This document shows positions 9,366-19,288 of a DNA stretch of 64,000 nucleotides, one piece after another (the stretch's first letter is position 1; every line of letters starts with the position of its first letter). The notes below the pieces were generated by a model. The model worked only from the letters and a program-made list of their open reading frames with translations. It was not told the origin of the DNA and did not search any database. The position numbers and the translations under genes were made by a program. The stretch lies in NCBI GenBank assembly GCA_018001635.1, contig JAGNHS010000006.1:2905-66904 (forward strand), given 5' to 3'. The DNA is from Pseudomonadota bacterium (GTDB lineage: Bacteria > Bdellovibrionota > UBA2428).

Positions 9366-10040
9366 ATGAGATTTATCAACTTAAATTTAAAAACCTTTGG
9401 ATTTGTCATGCTAGGCTTTCTAGGTCTGTTTCAGACTCCATGGGTGCATGCGGGAAAACCTTCAAAGTCTCCTGTTGTTTTGTCTATGGATCCTAGGAAA
9501 TGGAATTTTTTATACAGTGTGGGAATGCCACGAAATCCGAGAGCAAGCTCATCGAATTCTTGGATTTTTGATTTCCCCGATATTAGCCAAGGGGAAATTG
9601 ATTATATAACTCAAAGCGTTTCTGGTGCAATTATGGGCACTCTCTTGAGAGCGGATATCAAAATTACAACTTTAGGGAATCCGGTGTTTGACTATAAAAC
9701 TGAGAGTGGAAACACGTGCGATTTTCCCGCTCATGCAAGATTCTACATTCAGCGTGCGTGGACAAATAATAATTATGATCGATGGTGGGCTAATCCCATT
9801 GCTTTCAAATTAGAATCTGCTTCTGCAACTTTGAGTGTGCCTTTAGATCCTAGCCAATGGACAGACACTTGGGGACATCGCGGAAGCGAAGATCTAGCTT
9901 CAGTGGCTGGTTTTAAGAAAGCTCTCAATGAGGTGACTCAAATTGGTTTAACCTTTGGTGGAGGTTGTTTTTTTGGACACGGGGTTAGAGTTGTTGGTGG
10001 CACCGCTGATTTTGAAGTGACTCAATTTAAAATTGAATAA
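9366..10040 (+). CDS. Exported hypothetical protein
   Basis: ATG at 9366 is preceded by AGGAGA, 6 nt upstream. It gives signal peptide MRFINLNLKTFGFVMLGFLGLFQTPWVHA|GK. The track ORF begins at an upstream TTG (9339). No family recognised. Confidence 0.6.
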   Translation: MRFINLNLKTFGFVMLGFLGLFQTPWVHAGKPSKSPVVLSMDPRKWNFLYSVGMPRNPRASSSNSWIFDFPDISQGEIDYITQSVSGAIMGTLLRADIKITTLGNPVFDYKTESGNTCDFPAHARFYIQRAWTNNNYDRWWANPIAFKLESASATLSVPLDPSQWTDTWGHRGSEDLASVAGFKKALNEVTQIGLTFGGGCFFGHGVRVVGGTADFEVTQFKIE

Positions 10041-10042
10041 CT

Positions 10043-12979
10043 TCAATTTAGAGGTAGAACTAAAACGACCCAGTCTTTATCGAGGTCATTGGGTGGATTG
10101 CCCAGGTCTTTACGGGCTCCCTTAGTTTTAATTTCTCGAATGCTACCATTTTCGAAATTTCCACCACTTCGAGGATTAAACCAGAGCACTCTATATTTTC
10201 CTTCGTAGAGTTCTAGGGTGATTTTCTTAACTTTTGAGTCTTTGTAAACTACATGTTCATTGTTTGGAGTAGTTGCAATTCTAATGGGGGGATCATTTCT
10301 CTCATTTGTTGTAATTCGTAAATCCCAAAATGGGATTTTAAATTTCACAAAAAAATCATGGGCGATCTTAACTTGTTTCCAGAGCTTTTCACGTGTTCGG
10401 AAATCTTCAAGAGATAAAGATCCATCACTACCATTTGTGATTAATTCAAAGCCAGCTCCACCGGCAATGAGAGTCGGCCAAATGAATTCCTCTCTTTCAA
10501 CGTTATGGTCGGGATCAAGGCTGTCGGCAAAACCTGTACGAACAGCAGTCCCAGGTTCGTCGAGTGTTACTACCCATGGATGCTGATTTTTATTGGACCA
10601 ATATATCCATTTATAAACACTGTCAGAGCTTGAAACAGAAATTTGTTGGTTGCGATAACCTACATCGAATTCTTCAACGTTGTTTTGAAGGGAAGCTCCG
10701 TCAATGTTTTTATCTCCGAGTAAGCCAGAGTAAATTTTGTTTTTTTGCTTAGGTCCTGTGTGCACCACAATTGGGTGTTTGTAGGGATCTAAATTTTTAA
10801 TATAAGCAGCGAATTCCTTCAGGCGATCTGTTTTGTGATTAGTTTCTTCTCCTAAATTCCAAAAGAGTGCTGGATGATGAGCGAATCTTGCGATGAGTTC
10901 TCGATAATAAAGTTTTCTTTCGAGTGCTAATTTACCTGAATCAAGAACTTGGTCGACTTCACTTTCTTCAAGAACAAGATGTTGGGCGACTCCCATTTTA
11001 TCCATATGATTAAAAACTAGGTTCCATTGGGAGAGTTTACTTACGTCAAATCGAGTTTTTTCATCGGGGTTTATCCAAGGGAAAACGTCGTTGCCGTCGC
11101 CCCCATCAGAGTTATAAGTGAGAAAGTATTGAGTGTTTATTCCTTGGGAAGAAAGATAATTGATAGCGCCTATAATTCCTTTTCCTTTGCCATCGTCCCA
11201 CGTGGGGTCGCTTTCTTTCCAATCTTGAATATGGGCAGAGTAGAGGTGAGTTCTGTCTCCAGAGTTTTTCAAGTTTGGAACATGATAGGTGTTGTCGAAT
11301 TCTTTATAGGCTAAAAAATTTTCAGGATCGCTCGTGCCTGCTTTTAGAAAATATTTACCATTTGAGAATTTAAAAGCATTTTTTCCTACATATTTCAGAA
11401 ATCCATAATTACTAAAATCTAAGCTGCTATCGGTTTGTTGAGGAGTGACTAAAAATTCTCCTTTGTAGCCATGAAAGGCGAGAGTCTGAGATGGATCTTT
11501 GCTGAGTGCTTGGTCGAATTCATGAGTCAGAGCAATATTGTTTCCATATCGGAAAGTGACTGTAAAAGAACAGTTTCCTTGTATCTCTGGGCGATAATAG
11601 GCACGCCAAATTCGCCCACTGCTGGAATGAGAATTTTCACTATATCCATCGGCCGCATAAAATCCAGGGATGAGTAAATTTTGACCGCTGCAATTCATGT
11701 AGACATCCATACGATAATTGCTAAAGGGATTGTCTTCGGATTTTTCATCTAGATTGGGTCCCTGACAATCCACTTGCCAAGTTTGCCATTTCTTAACAAC
11801 TTTGGCGGCTCTGCAAAGTTTTTGTCTTTCCTCTAAATAAACTTTTGGAAATACTTTTTTAGTTTTAACTAATGTTTTTATGGGCATTGAGTGATTGAGT
11901 TTTTCAAAAAATCTATTGAGAGCTTTAGAGGCAGGAGCTTCAGTGACCTGATTTATTCTGGCGATAACCATTTTCCATTCAGGAATCACAATACAGAGAT
12001 TGTTGTTGCTTCCCATGGCCGCAAACGTTTTGGCTGGAGCTTTGTCCCATAGGGGTTTTTCTAAGCCATTAACCCACCATAGATATCCGTAGTGGCCCGG
12101 CCCGCTATCCCAATCACCCTTTTCGCTCTGTAGATGCGGTGATATCTGATTCTTTGTAGCCGCTTCAATCCAAGTTTTTGAGAGAATTTGTTGGCCTTTC
12201 CAAACTCCTTTATTTAAATAAAGGTGGCCCAGTCGAGCCAAATCCAAGGCACTGATTTCAAGCCCACGATTATTTCCAGAGGCAGAAGAAACCGGAAAAT
12301 TAAAGCCATAGTTGTCGTCTGGGGTCCAGGCGGTTTCCCAGTTAAAATTTTGCATCTCTAGGGGGCGAGCTATGCGATCTATAAAAATTTCTGCAAAGTT
12401 TTTTTGTGCGGCTGCAGAGAGTGCAAAACCCAGTATGTTGACCGAGTCGTCAGAATAAGACCATTGCTCAGCGGGAGAAAACTTTTTTTCAATGGAAAGC
12501 CAAGGGGTTTTAGATCCATCGCCACCTTCATCGACTCTATAACGACTGCCTTCAGCAAGGTATCCGGATTGCATAGTGAGTAAGTGTTCTAGAGTGACTT
12601 CGGGATAATTTTTATTCATCCAAGGCAAAAGCTCTGAAGCCTTTTGATCGATATTTATTTTTTTATCGTCGATGAGAATTCCTGCAACAGTTGAGGTGAA
12701 AGTTTTTGTGGCCGACCAAATTCGGTGTGATTGAGCCGCTTGAGATCCTTGGTAAATCAGGCGCCCATCGACAGCTATAACGGCTTCATCCATGGGAAAG
12801 GATCTTGATAATTCTGAAAGTGCATCTTTAAAAAGAATGGGGCTAATTCCAAATTTTTCCGGTGATTCTGTTATCCAATTTTTTTCTGGATAAACAACAC
12901 TGTTTTCATTGGAGAGACTCTTAGATGAATTAACTAGAAAAATAAAAAATAAGCTTATTTGATATTTTTTCAAATTCAT
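10043..12979 (-). CDS. Exported fusion protein: N-terminal serine beta-lactamase/PBP-like hydrolase plus C-terminal DUF5060/GH5-like glycoside hydrolase
   Basis: Signal peptide is present. The SxxK motif (WSATKTFTS) sits in a class C beta-lactamase-like N-terminal domain of about 360 aa. Next is a DUF5060-like beta-sandwich (NPFSNYRMDVYMNCSGQNLLIPGFYAADG), then a TIM-barrel-like region (FLKAGTSDPENFLAYKEFDNTY; ALFWNLGEETN). Confidence 0.75.
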   Translation of the reverse strand: MNLKKYQISLFFIFLVNSSKSLSNENSVVYPEKNWITESPEKFGISPILFKDALSELSRSFPMDEAVIAVDGRLIYQGSQAAQSHRIWSATKTFTSTVAGILIDDKKINIDQKASELLPWMNKNYPEVTLEHLLTMQSGYLAEGSRYRVDEGGDGSKTPWLSIEKKFSPAEQWSYSDDSVNILGFALSAAAQKNFAEIFIDRIARPLEMQNFNWETAWTPDDNYGFNFPVSSASGNNRGLEISALDLARLGHLYLNKGVWKGQQILSKTWIEAATKNQISPHLQSEKGDWDSGPGHYGYLWWVNGLEKPLWDKAPAKTFAAMGSNNNLCIVIPEWKMVIARINQVTEAPASKALNRFFEKLNHSMPIKTLVKTKKVFPKVYLEERQKLCRAAKVVKKWQTWQVDCQGPNLDEKSEDNPFSNYRMDVYMNCSGQNLLIPGFYAADGYSENSHSSSGRIWRAYYRPEIQGNCSFTVTFRYGNNIALTHEFDQALSKDPSQTLAFHGYKGEFLVTPQQTDSSLDFSNYGFLKYVGKNAFKFSNGKYFLKAGTSDPENFLAYKEFDNTYHVPNLKNSGDRTHLYSAHIQDWKESDPTWDDGKGKGIIGAINYLSSQGINTQYFLTYNSDGGDGNDVFPWINPDEKTRFDVSKLSQWNLVFNHMDKMGVAQHLVLEESEVDQVLDSGKLALERKLYYRELIARFAHHPALFWNLGEETNHKTDRLKEFAAYIKNLDPYKHPIVVHTGPKQKNKIYSGLLGDKNIDGASLQNNVEEFDVGYRNQQISVSSSDSVYKWIYWSNKNQHPWVVTLDEPGTAVRTGFADSLDPDHNVEREEFIWPTLIAGGAGFELITNGSDGSLSLEDFRTREKLWKQVKIAHDFFVKFKIPFWDLRITTNERNDPPIRIATTPNNEHVVYKDSKVKKITLELYEGKYRVLWFNPRSGGNFENGSIREIKTKGARKDLGNPPNDLDKDWVVLVLPLN

Positions 12980-13064
12980 TTCGGGGCGTTTATAGCACGC
13001 CGTGGCAACTTTGTTTAAAATTTTTCAAGGCTAAAGTGATGATATTCAGAATTTTTGTGGAAGT

Positions 13065-14105
13065 TTATGATTTTACATAACTATTAAGCCATAAAGTTTT
13101 GTCTATATTGGGCTGATTGGCCATGAGCATGACTAATCTATCCACTCCAACGGCAATGCCTCCGGAGGGAGGCATACCTTCTTCCAGGGCTGCTAAAAAT
13201 TCTTCATCGATGGGATTTTTAGGAAAGGATTTTCCGTAAACTTGCTCACGCAAATTCATGTCCTCTTCAAAGCGTTTTCTTTGCTCAATTGGGTCGCAGA
13301 GTTCTTCAAAAGCATTTCCAAGTTCAAGCCCGCCGGCATAGGGCTCAAAGCGTTTTGCCCAGAAGCTTCCATCGGAGTTTTGCTCAAGCACACTTAAGGC
13401 CGCTTGAGAGGGAGGATAATGGTAAACAATAACTCCGCGATCATGGGGCAATTTGTTTTCAATAAAATTGAGCCAAATTTTAAAGTAAAGGTCGTCCCAT
13501 GTGTCAGCAGCATCAACATTGAGACCTAGTTTTTTGGCTTCTTCAGCCATGGACTCTTGGGTGCTTGCTTTTTTAATGTCGATTTGGGTGAATTCTAAAA
13601 ATAGATCGTAAACTTTTAAGCGTGTCCATGGGGCTTTGAGCTCAATGGGTTTTCCACAATATCTAATTTGGCTTGAGCCAGTAATTTGAATGGCTAGAAA
13701 TTCCATGAGTTCCTCGAAATCCTTCATGATGTCTTCATAGGAGGCATGGGCGCGATACCATTCAAGGAGTGTGAATTCAGGATGATGTTGAGGAGATTTT
13801 GGCTCGACTCTATAGGCGGGGCAAATCTGAAAAATTTTTTCTAAACCGCCTACCAAAAGCTTTTTCATGGAAAATTCTGGAGACGTGGCTAGATACTCTC
13901 CCGTGTTCAGTTGATAGGGGCGAATGTGGGTTTCCATTCCCGGTGAAACTACGATTGTGGGAGTGCGTACGTGTATAAATTCACGCATTTCAAAAAACTC
14001 ATGTATTCCCTTTTCAACCCTGCGACGAATTTTAGTGGCATGTTGGCGTTCGGGGTCTTGCACATGTTTTGACCAATAAGTGCTTTTGGGGGGCTTTTGA
14101 TTCAC
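13065..14105 (-). CDS. epmA: Elongation factor P--(R)-beta-lysine ligase (EpmA/GenX/PoxA), class II LysRS paralog
   Basis: Class II aaRS core without an anticodon-binding domain (FIHVRTPTIVVSPGMETHIRPY; FQICPAYRVEP...HHPEFTLLEWY; GNAFEELCDP; PPSGGIAVGVDRLVMLM). GTG start. Confidence 0.8.
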   Translation of the reverse strand: MNQKPPKSTYWSKHVQDPERQHATKIRRRVEKGIHEFFEMREFIHVRTPTIVVSPGMETHIRPYQLNTGEYLATSPEFSMKKLLVGGLEKIFQICPAYRVEPKSPQHHPEFTLLEWYRAHASYEDIMKDFEELMEFLAIQITGSSQIRYCGKPIELKAPWTRLKVYDLFLEFTQIDIKKASTQESMAEEAKKLGLNVDAADTWDDLYFKIWLNFIENKLPHDRGVIVYHYPPSQAALSVLEQNSDGSFWAKRFEPYAGGLELGNAFEELCDPIEQRKRFEEDMNLREQVYGKSFPKNPIDEEFLAALEEGMPPSGGIAVGVDRLVMLMANQPNIDKTLWLNSYVKS

Positions 14106-14168
14106 AATTAGGACTTATAAGAGGCTTTAGCTTTATTCAATGTGCTTTGTATCGTATTAAGGTTGGTC

Positions 14169-15353
14169 ATGTATCCATCCCAAAAAAAACATCTTTTAGA
14201 TCTTTGGGTGGAGTATTGGACTCAGTCGGCCTATCAAAAATTTGATTTGTTTTTAGCTCGAGCTTTTAAAAAGCGACCCTTTATGGGGAAGCGCGATAGG
14301 GCTTGGTATTCTGAACAATTATTTACAGCTTTGCGTTTTGGTCTTTTAGCCATGGATTTAAAAACCAGTGATGAAATTTTTAAAGATGCCTCAATGTTGG
14401 CCTCTAAAGTTGCAAAAGTTGATGAAAATTTTTTTGATAAGGTCGAAGAAATTTCAAAAAATTCTCAAAATCACAGTGACTCTTCTTTTGAGAGTTTTTC
14501 TTGGCATCCTGATTGGATTCCTTTTTTTGAAAAATCTGGCTTGGATTTTAATAGACTTTCAAATTTAAACACTCGGGCTCCACTTTGGTTGAGAGCTAAA
14601 AGTCTTGCTGATTTAGAAAATATTAAAAAAGATCTTTCGCAAAGAAACATCGAATTTATAGTGGATGGATTGGCGTTGAAGGTGAGTGGAAACCCAAAAC
14701 TCCATGAGTGGACGAGTTTTAAGATGGGATCCTTCGAAATTCAAGATTGGGCCAGTCAGCAGATTTCATTGCTGGCACCCTTAAAAAAGGATGCTCTGGT
14801 GTGGGATGCTTGTGCTGGGGGTGGGGGTAAAACTTTGCAATTATCCGCGATTTTAGAAAACACTGGCGCAGTGATTGCTTCTGATGTGAGAGCCTTTAAA
14901 TTTGATGAAATTAAAGCAAGGGCCCTTAAAGCTCGAGCTCAAAACATAAGTTGTGTGGCTTGGGATGGCCGGCCTCAAATGCCGAATTTTCCTCAAGCTG
15001 TTTCTGATCATGGTGGATTTGATTTAGTGCTAGTGGATGCTCCTTGTTCGTCTTCCGGAACGGTGAGAAGAAACCCAGAGATTAAATGGCAAAGTCCTCA
15101 TTTGAAGTTGAGGACTCTTTCACAAACTCAGCTTCACATTTTAGAGGCTGTAGAAAAATCTGTAAAAACAGGTGGTCATTTATTGTATGGCACCTGTAGC
15201 TTTTTAAATGATGAAAACGAAGAGATCGCAAAGAAGTTTGCTGAAAAAATGGGAGCTCGTTGGAAGTTTTTAGAATTTAAGAAGCTCGGTTACTCGAAAG
15301 ATAATGATTCTGATTTGATGTTTGCAGCAATTTTTCAAAAGCTGACAAAATAG
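14169..15353 (+). CDS. RsmB/RsmF (NOL1/NOP2/Sun) family rRNA cytosine-C5 methyltransferase
   Basis: SAM motif DACAGGGGKTLQL. Catalytic motifs VLVDAPCSSSGTVRRNPEIKW and LLYGTCSF. ATG at 14169 is preferred over the track's upstream GTG (14142). Confidence 0.8.
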   Translation: MYPSQKKHLLDLWVEYWTQSAYQKFDLFLARAFKKRPFMGKRDRAWYSEQLFTALRFGLLAMDLKTSDEIFKDASMLASKVAKVDENFFDKVEEISKNSQNHSDSSFESFSWHPDWIPFFEKSGLDFNRLSNLNTRAPLWLRAKSLADLENIKKDLSQRNIEFIVDGLALKVSGNPKLHEWTSFKMGSFEIQDWASQQISLLAPLKKDALVWDACAGGGGKTLQLSAILENTGAVIASDVRAFKFDEIKARALKARAQNISCVAWDGRPQMPNFPQAVSDHGGFDLVLVDAPCSSSGTVRRNPEIKWQSPHLKLRTLSQTQLHILEAVEKSVKTGGHLLYGTCSFLNDENEEIAKKFAEKMGARWKFLEFKKLGYSKDNDSDLMFAAIFQKLTK

Positions 15354-15463
15354 ATGTTTTGTTGTCTGAATCTGAATTTAAGTGGAGCAAACTTTTGGAA
15401 TATTTAAAATTCTGAGTTTTGTGCTTTGGTCTAATTTATTATTCAAATCTGCTAACCCCTTAA

Positions 15464-16048
15464 CTATGAAAACCCTGTGGAGCTAAGTTTTGTATTGTTT
15501 TCAATAAATTTAATTCTTTCATAAATTTCTCTAGCAGAAACTCTAGAGATTTTTAGATTAACTTCAATTCTATTAAGTTTTAAGTAATCAACGGCATTTT
15601 TAAAGTGACGTCCCCAGGAAATGATTCGACTCCAGGGCCGGGCGTCCCAGAATCTACGTTTTGAATCTTTCAATACAGCCGAATTTCTGTGAGCTCCTAG
15701 AACTTTTCGAGCTATTAGTGAAGATATAATTCTCAAAAACTTTCTAAATTCTCTGCGATTATGGGCTCGAAGGACCAAATGTATATGATTTCCAGCGTTC
15801 GCAATTTGGTAAATATTTACAAAAAAGCGATTGGCTTGCTTTCGTATTTCAGAATCAATTATTTTGCTTTTTAAAAGAAGTGAATACTTCCCTTTAGCTA
15901 AAGTAGATCTCAACACTACATGTTGTGCGTATTTTGAATGAAAAGGTCGTGCCACTTTGGCGTTGTTGCCGTTAAGTAGAGAGCCTCCAAATCCGTCTTT
16001 AGTCCATTTTTGTTCTTCTTTAATTAAAAAAAGCTTACGGTTTCTCAA
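15464..16048 (-). CDS. IS200/Y1-type HUH transposase-like protein (RAYT/REP-associated tyrosine transposase-like), solitary
   Basis: HUH motif in GNHIHLVLRA. Downstream candidate catalytic Tyr lies in AVDYLKLNRIE. Size (194 aa) is typical of RAYT/TnpA-REP proteins. No IS ends or flanking hairpins were seen. Confidence 0.65.
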   Translation of the reverse strand: MRNRKLFLIKEEQKWTKDGFGGSLLNGNNAKVARPFHSKYAQHVVLRSTLAKGKYSLLLKSKIIDSEIRKQANRFFVNIYQIANAGNHIHLVLRAHNRREFRKFLRIISSLIARKVLGAHRNSAVLKDSKRRFWDARPWSRIISWGRHFKNAVDYLKLNRIEVNLKISRVSAREIYERIKFIENNTKLSSTGFS

Positions 16049-16355
16049 TACGTTTAGTAATAATGTAGCTAATTAAATGTGTCAAATAGAAATTAAAAAT
16101 AGCTAAGGGATTTTTTGGAAGATTGAAAAGAATCGCATGCAAATAGACCCAGAAGTTCTGAGCTGAAAGATGAGCCTAGGGCACATCTATGTAATAAATG
16201 GATCTATCTTTTAGGTTCGGGTATTAGTTTTTAGTATAATCTTCATACAATATTCACATTCAAATGCCCTTATAAGAAATTTAGACAGTTTTTTAACCAT
16301 AATTTAACTTGGTCTTATTGGGCTCTGAACCGATAATAGTAAGTCGGGGGCGTGA

Positions 16356-18068
16356 ATGGGTTATACTTTTAATCTGCGTAAAATTCATGTCTCTTTAATG
16401 GGTGTCTTTTTAGCTTTGTCGACTCAAGCTGAAGTCTGTAAAAATCTGAAAATCACTCCTTCTATTATATCTACATTTAATAAATATAATAGAGCCACAA
16501 AAGACTATGAAAATCTTGGTCCTGAGGCTTTTGTAAATTCCATGGCTCTAACAAAGCTCGATTCAAAATTTATGATTTCCTTATTGAAGGGACTTCCTCC
16601 TCTTCCGAAACTTTCATGGGATCAAAAAGAGTTTTGGGTATTGCGCCTTAGAGATAAAAACAAAACAGCAGTTCTAGATTTTTGTAAAATTGATGATAAC
16701 GAAGTGAGTGTGAATGGGTATAAATTCAAAATATCCGAGAAAATGAGTGTAGAAGAATTGGCTCAGTTTTTAGAACCACTTTTTCCGAAACAAAACAATA
16801 TTGGGTTTCTTTTGTGGATACAAAATCAGATTATACCCTCTGCCGAAGCCGTAACAGTAATGGGCGGAGCCATGATTGGTGCCTTGGCGGGTCTTGCAGG
16901 TATGCTTCTTATGAATGTATTTAACGGAAATTCGTCTAGTAAAACGCAATCTCAACCCGCACCTCACATTACGGTGTCTGATGTGGGTTCAGGAGGCTCT
17001 CTACCTGGGCATACTGGCGCTGGAGCTTCTCCTGCTGGTGGAGCTCCTGCTGGGAGCGCGCCTGGAGAGGCTCCCCCAGATGCTCAAAATCCTGCTGGCG
17101 CAAATTCTGGGGGTGCACAACCTAATGGAGGAGCTGCCGGCTCAGGTGCGGGCGGAGCAAAACCCAATGCCACGCCAAACGCTCCATCAGCTAATAATGG
17201 CGAAACAAAGTGTAGCGATAAAACGACACCTATAGCAGGAGATAGAAAAGCAGAGCTCAGTAAACTTTCAGACGATCAAATCAAAAATTTTCAATGTTTT
17301 TCAAAATATCATGAATTTGGAAATTCAAAACTTCAAGTAGCCCAATGGAATGATGGTGAAGATTGGCTATCTCTAGGGGTGGGTCATTATATTTGGTATC
17401 CTAAGGAGGGAGAAAAAAAATATACTGAGAGCTTCCCGGATCTCATTAAATTTGCATGCAGTAATGGTTACACAGGCAGTCTACCCAAAGAGATTGGATA
17501 TACGGGAGGCAATCCAGTTTTAGGAGTCTGTCCTTGGAATAGCAAAAAGGAATTCGAAGATCCTAAAACTAAAAATTCAGATGAGTTAAAAAATATTCAG
17601 AACTTTTTATTAGGCCAAGATATGCAAAAGCAACAAGCGCTTTTTCAATACAACCGACTTTTAGATTTTATGGATAAGTGGAAACCAGCTAATAAAGTTG
17701 AAGAACATGCAAAAGAGTTTGCAGGTAGACTCATGCAAGATCCCAAAGGACTTTTGCAAATGATCGACTATGTGAATTTTAAAGGAGAGGGAACAGCTCC
17801 TGGTGAATACTATAAAAACAACAAGGGTGAAGTAGATCGGTGGGGTTTGAAACAGGTTTTAGAAACAGCAGTTAATGAAGGTCAGGGATTAACTTTTATT
17901 GAAGCCGCGAAAAGTACATTAAATAGAAAAATTAATACTGATCCCAAGATTTGTGAAAAACATACTAATCCTGAAGAATGTAAAAAAGACCTTAAAGCTG
18001 GTTGGGAAAAGAGAATCAACGACTATTCCAATATTGCTACGGCTCAATCGAAGTACAATTGTAAATAA
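16356..18068 (+). CDS. Exported/membrane protein with Gly/Ala/Pro-rich disordered linker and uncharacterised C-terminal domain
   Basis: Signal peptide (MGVFLALSTQA|EV) and an internal hydrophobic helix (VMGGAMIGALAGLAGMLLMNVF). A low-complexity segment of about 90 aa follows (GAGASPAGGAPAGSAPGEAPP...). The C-terminal domain of about 280 aa (WLSLGVGHYIWYPKEGEKKYTESFPD) was not confidently assigned. Confidence 0.6.
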   Translation: MGYTFNLRKIHVSLMGVFLALSTQAEVCKNLKITPSIISTFNKYNRATKDYENLGPEAFVNSMALTKLDSKFMISLLKGLPPLPKLSWDQKEFWVLRLRDKNKTAVLDFCKIDDNEVSVNGYKFKISEKMSVEELAQFLEPLFPKQNNIGFLLWIQNQIIPSAEAVTVMGGAMIGALAGLAGMLLMNVFNGNSSSKTQSQPAPHITVSDVGSGGSLPGHTGAGASPAGGAPAGSAPGEAPPDAQNPAGANSGGAQPNGGAAGSGAGGAKPNATPNAPSANNGETKCSDKTTPIAGDRKAELSKLSDDQIKNFQCFSKYHEFGNSKLQVAQWNDGEDWLSLGVGHYIWYPKEGEKKYTESFPDLIKFACSNGYTGSLPKEIGYTGGNPVLGVCPWNSKKEFEDPKTKNSDELKNIQNFLLGQDMQKQQALFQYNRLLDFMDKWKPANKVEEHAKEFAGRLMQDPKGLLQMIDYVNFKGEGTAPGEYYKNNKGEVDRWGLKQVLETAVNEGQGLTFIEAAKSTLNRKINTDPKICEKHTNPEECKKDLKAGWEKRINDYSNIATAQSKYNCK

Positions 18069-19174
18069 TGAAAAGTTTATTTGTAAAATTTTTTCTATCT
18101 CTAAGAAATCTTTCTCTTCTCAATCTTATAATTGTTAGCCGTGTTTTTGCTTTCCAAGATGCCAGCGAAGAAGCCGTGCGAGCTTGGTATGTGCAAGGTA
18201 ATCCTTTTTATCCAACAGAAAGCATCAACATTCCTTCAACTGTGAATACGGGGCATCCTGAAGGGCTCGCTGTTTTTAATAATGATTATTATTTAAGTCT
18301 CATGGATGAAGATAAAACTTCTTCAAAAATTGAATGCAAACAATCTCGAATTCTTCATTTTAAAAAATTTGATTCGTCTTTAGTTTTAAAAGACGAAAAA
18401 ATTATTAGCACCAATGAACGTAATGAGTGCCATTTGGGTGGGCTTGTGTGGGGTGCTAACTATAATGAACTTTGGACAGCGTTGGCGCAATTTAAAGCCT
18501 CATCTTCGAGCACTATGCTCGCGATAAATCCTAACGATTTAAGTATTAAAAAAGAATTAAAAATAATGGATCATATCGGCTCCCAGATTTACACTCGTGA
18601 TGCTCTTTACGCTTTTAGTTGGGATTCTAGGAAGCTTTATAAAGCGGATCTCTGTGAGCATGATTTATCTAAGTGTAAGGTGTCGAAAATTTCAGAATCC
18701 AAGGCTCGCTCCAGTGCCTATCAAGATTGCAAAACATTAATCAGTGATGGGCGACCCATCACCGCATTTTGTAGTGGCTTAGACTTTGAGCCCTGGTCTT
18801 GGAACGTGATTGGCTTTTTGCGATGGGATTTATGGTGGAAAAATCAAAAGAGCTGGGAATGGCCTTTAAAATTAGAACGAACGGGCTATTTAGATTGGAT
18901 TGAAATCGACTCTAAGGGGACTCACTTATTAGGCCGCTTTAATTCGCCTAAGGTAGACGGAGTCTTTTTATCTCGCAACCCCATGGCAATATGGGAAGAG
19001 CGAAAAGATCATAAATTTAATTTAAATTTTGCTTTTGTTCCCGACGATCATCCTCGTTCTAAGCTTCTTATTTATGAAAGTGGATGGTTGGAATTTGCTC
19101 CTGTTAAAGAGAGTTCTGGCATGATTCTCCGTAATTTGTCGGGCGATGTCGATAAAATTAACAGCGATAATTAG
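18068..19174 (+). CDS. Exported hypothetical protein (possibly beta-propeller-like)
   Basis: The ATG overlaps the upstream stop (TAATG). Signal peptide ends ...VSRVFA|FQ. Repetitive beta-strand-like sequence. No family assigned. Confidence 0.6.
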   Translation: MKSLFVKFFLSLRNLSLLNLIIVSRVFAFQDASEEAVRAWYVQGNPFYPTESINIPSTVNTGHPEGLAVFNNDYYLSLMDEDKTSSKIECKQSRILHFKKFDSSLVLKDEKIISTNERNECHLGGLVWGANYNELWTALAQFKASSSSTMLAINPNDLSIKKELKIMDHIGSQIYTRDALYAFSWDSRKLYKADLCEHDLSKCKVSKISESKARSSAYQDCKTLISDGRPITAFCSGLDFEPWSWNVIGFLRWDLWWKNQKSWEWPLKLERTGYLDWIEIDSKGTHLLGRFNSPKVDGVFLSRNPMAIWEERKDHKFNLNFAFVPDDHPRSKLLIYESGWLEFAPVKESSGMILRNLSGDVDKINSDN

Positions 19175-19288
19175 ACCGATAGCCTTTAAAACGCATTTAA
19201 ATGCTTATTAAGCCCCGGCACATAGCTTGCTTATGATTCAAGTGGATTTATATATTTGAAATTTTTTTGCCCTAATGGAGGATCGTTT

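Noticed and set aside
16915-17235. 106-aa plus-strand ORF in an alternative frame, plus the antisense ORF at 16770-16967
   Set aside because: They lie inside the GC-rich Gly/Ala/Pro-coding tract of the 570-aa gene. Low-complexity, GC-rich coding sequence typically opens spurious frames.
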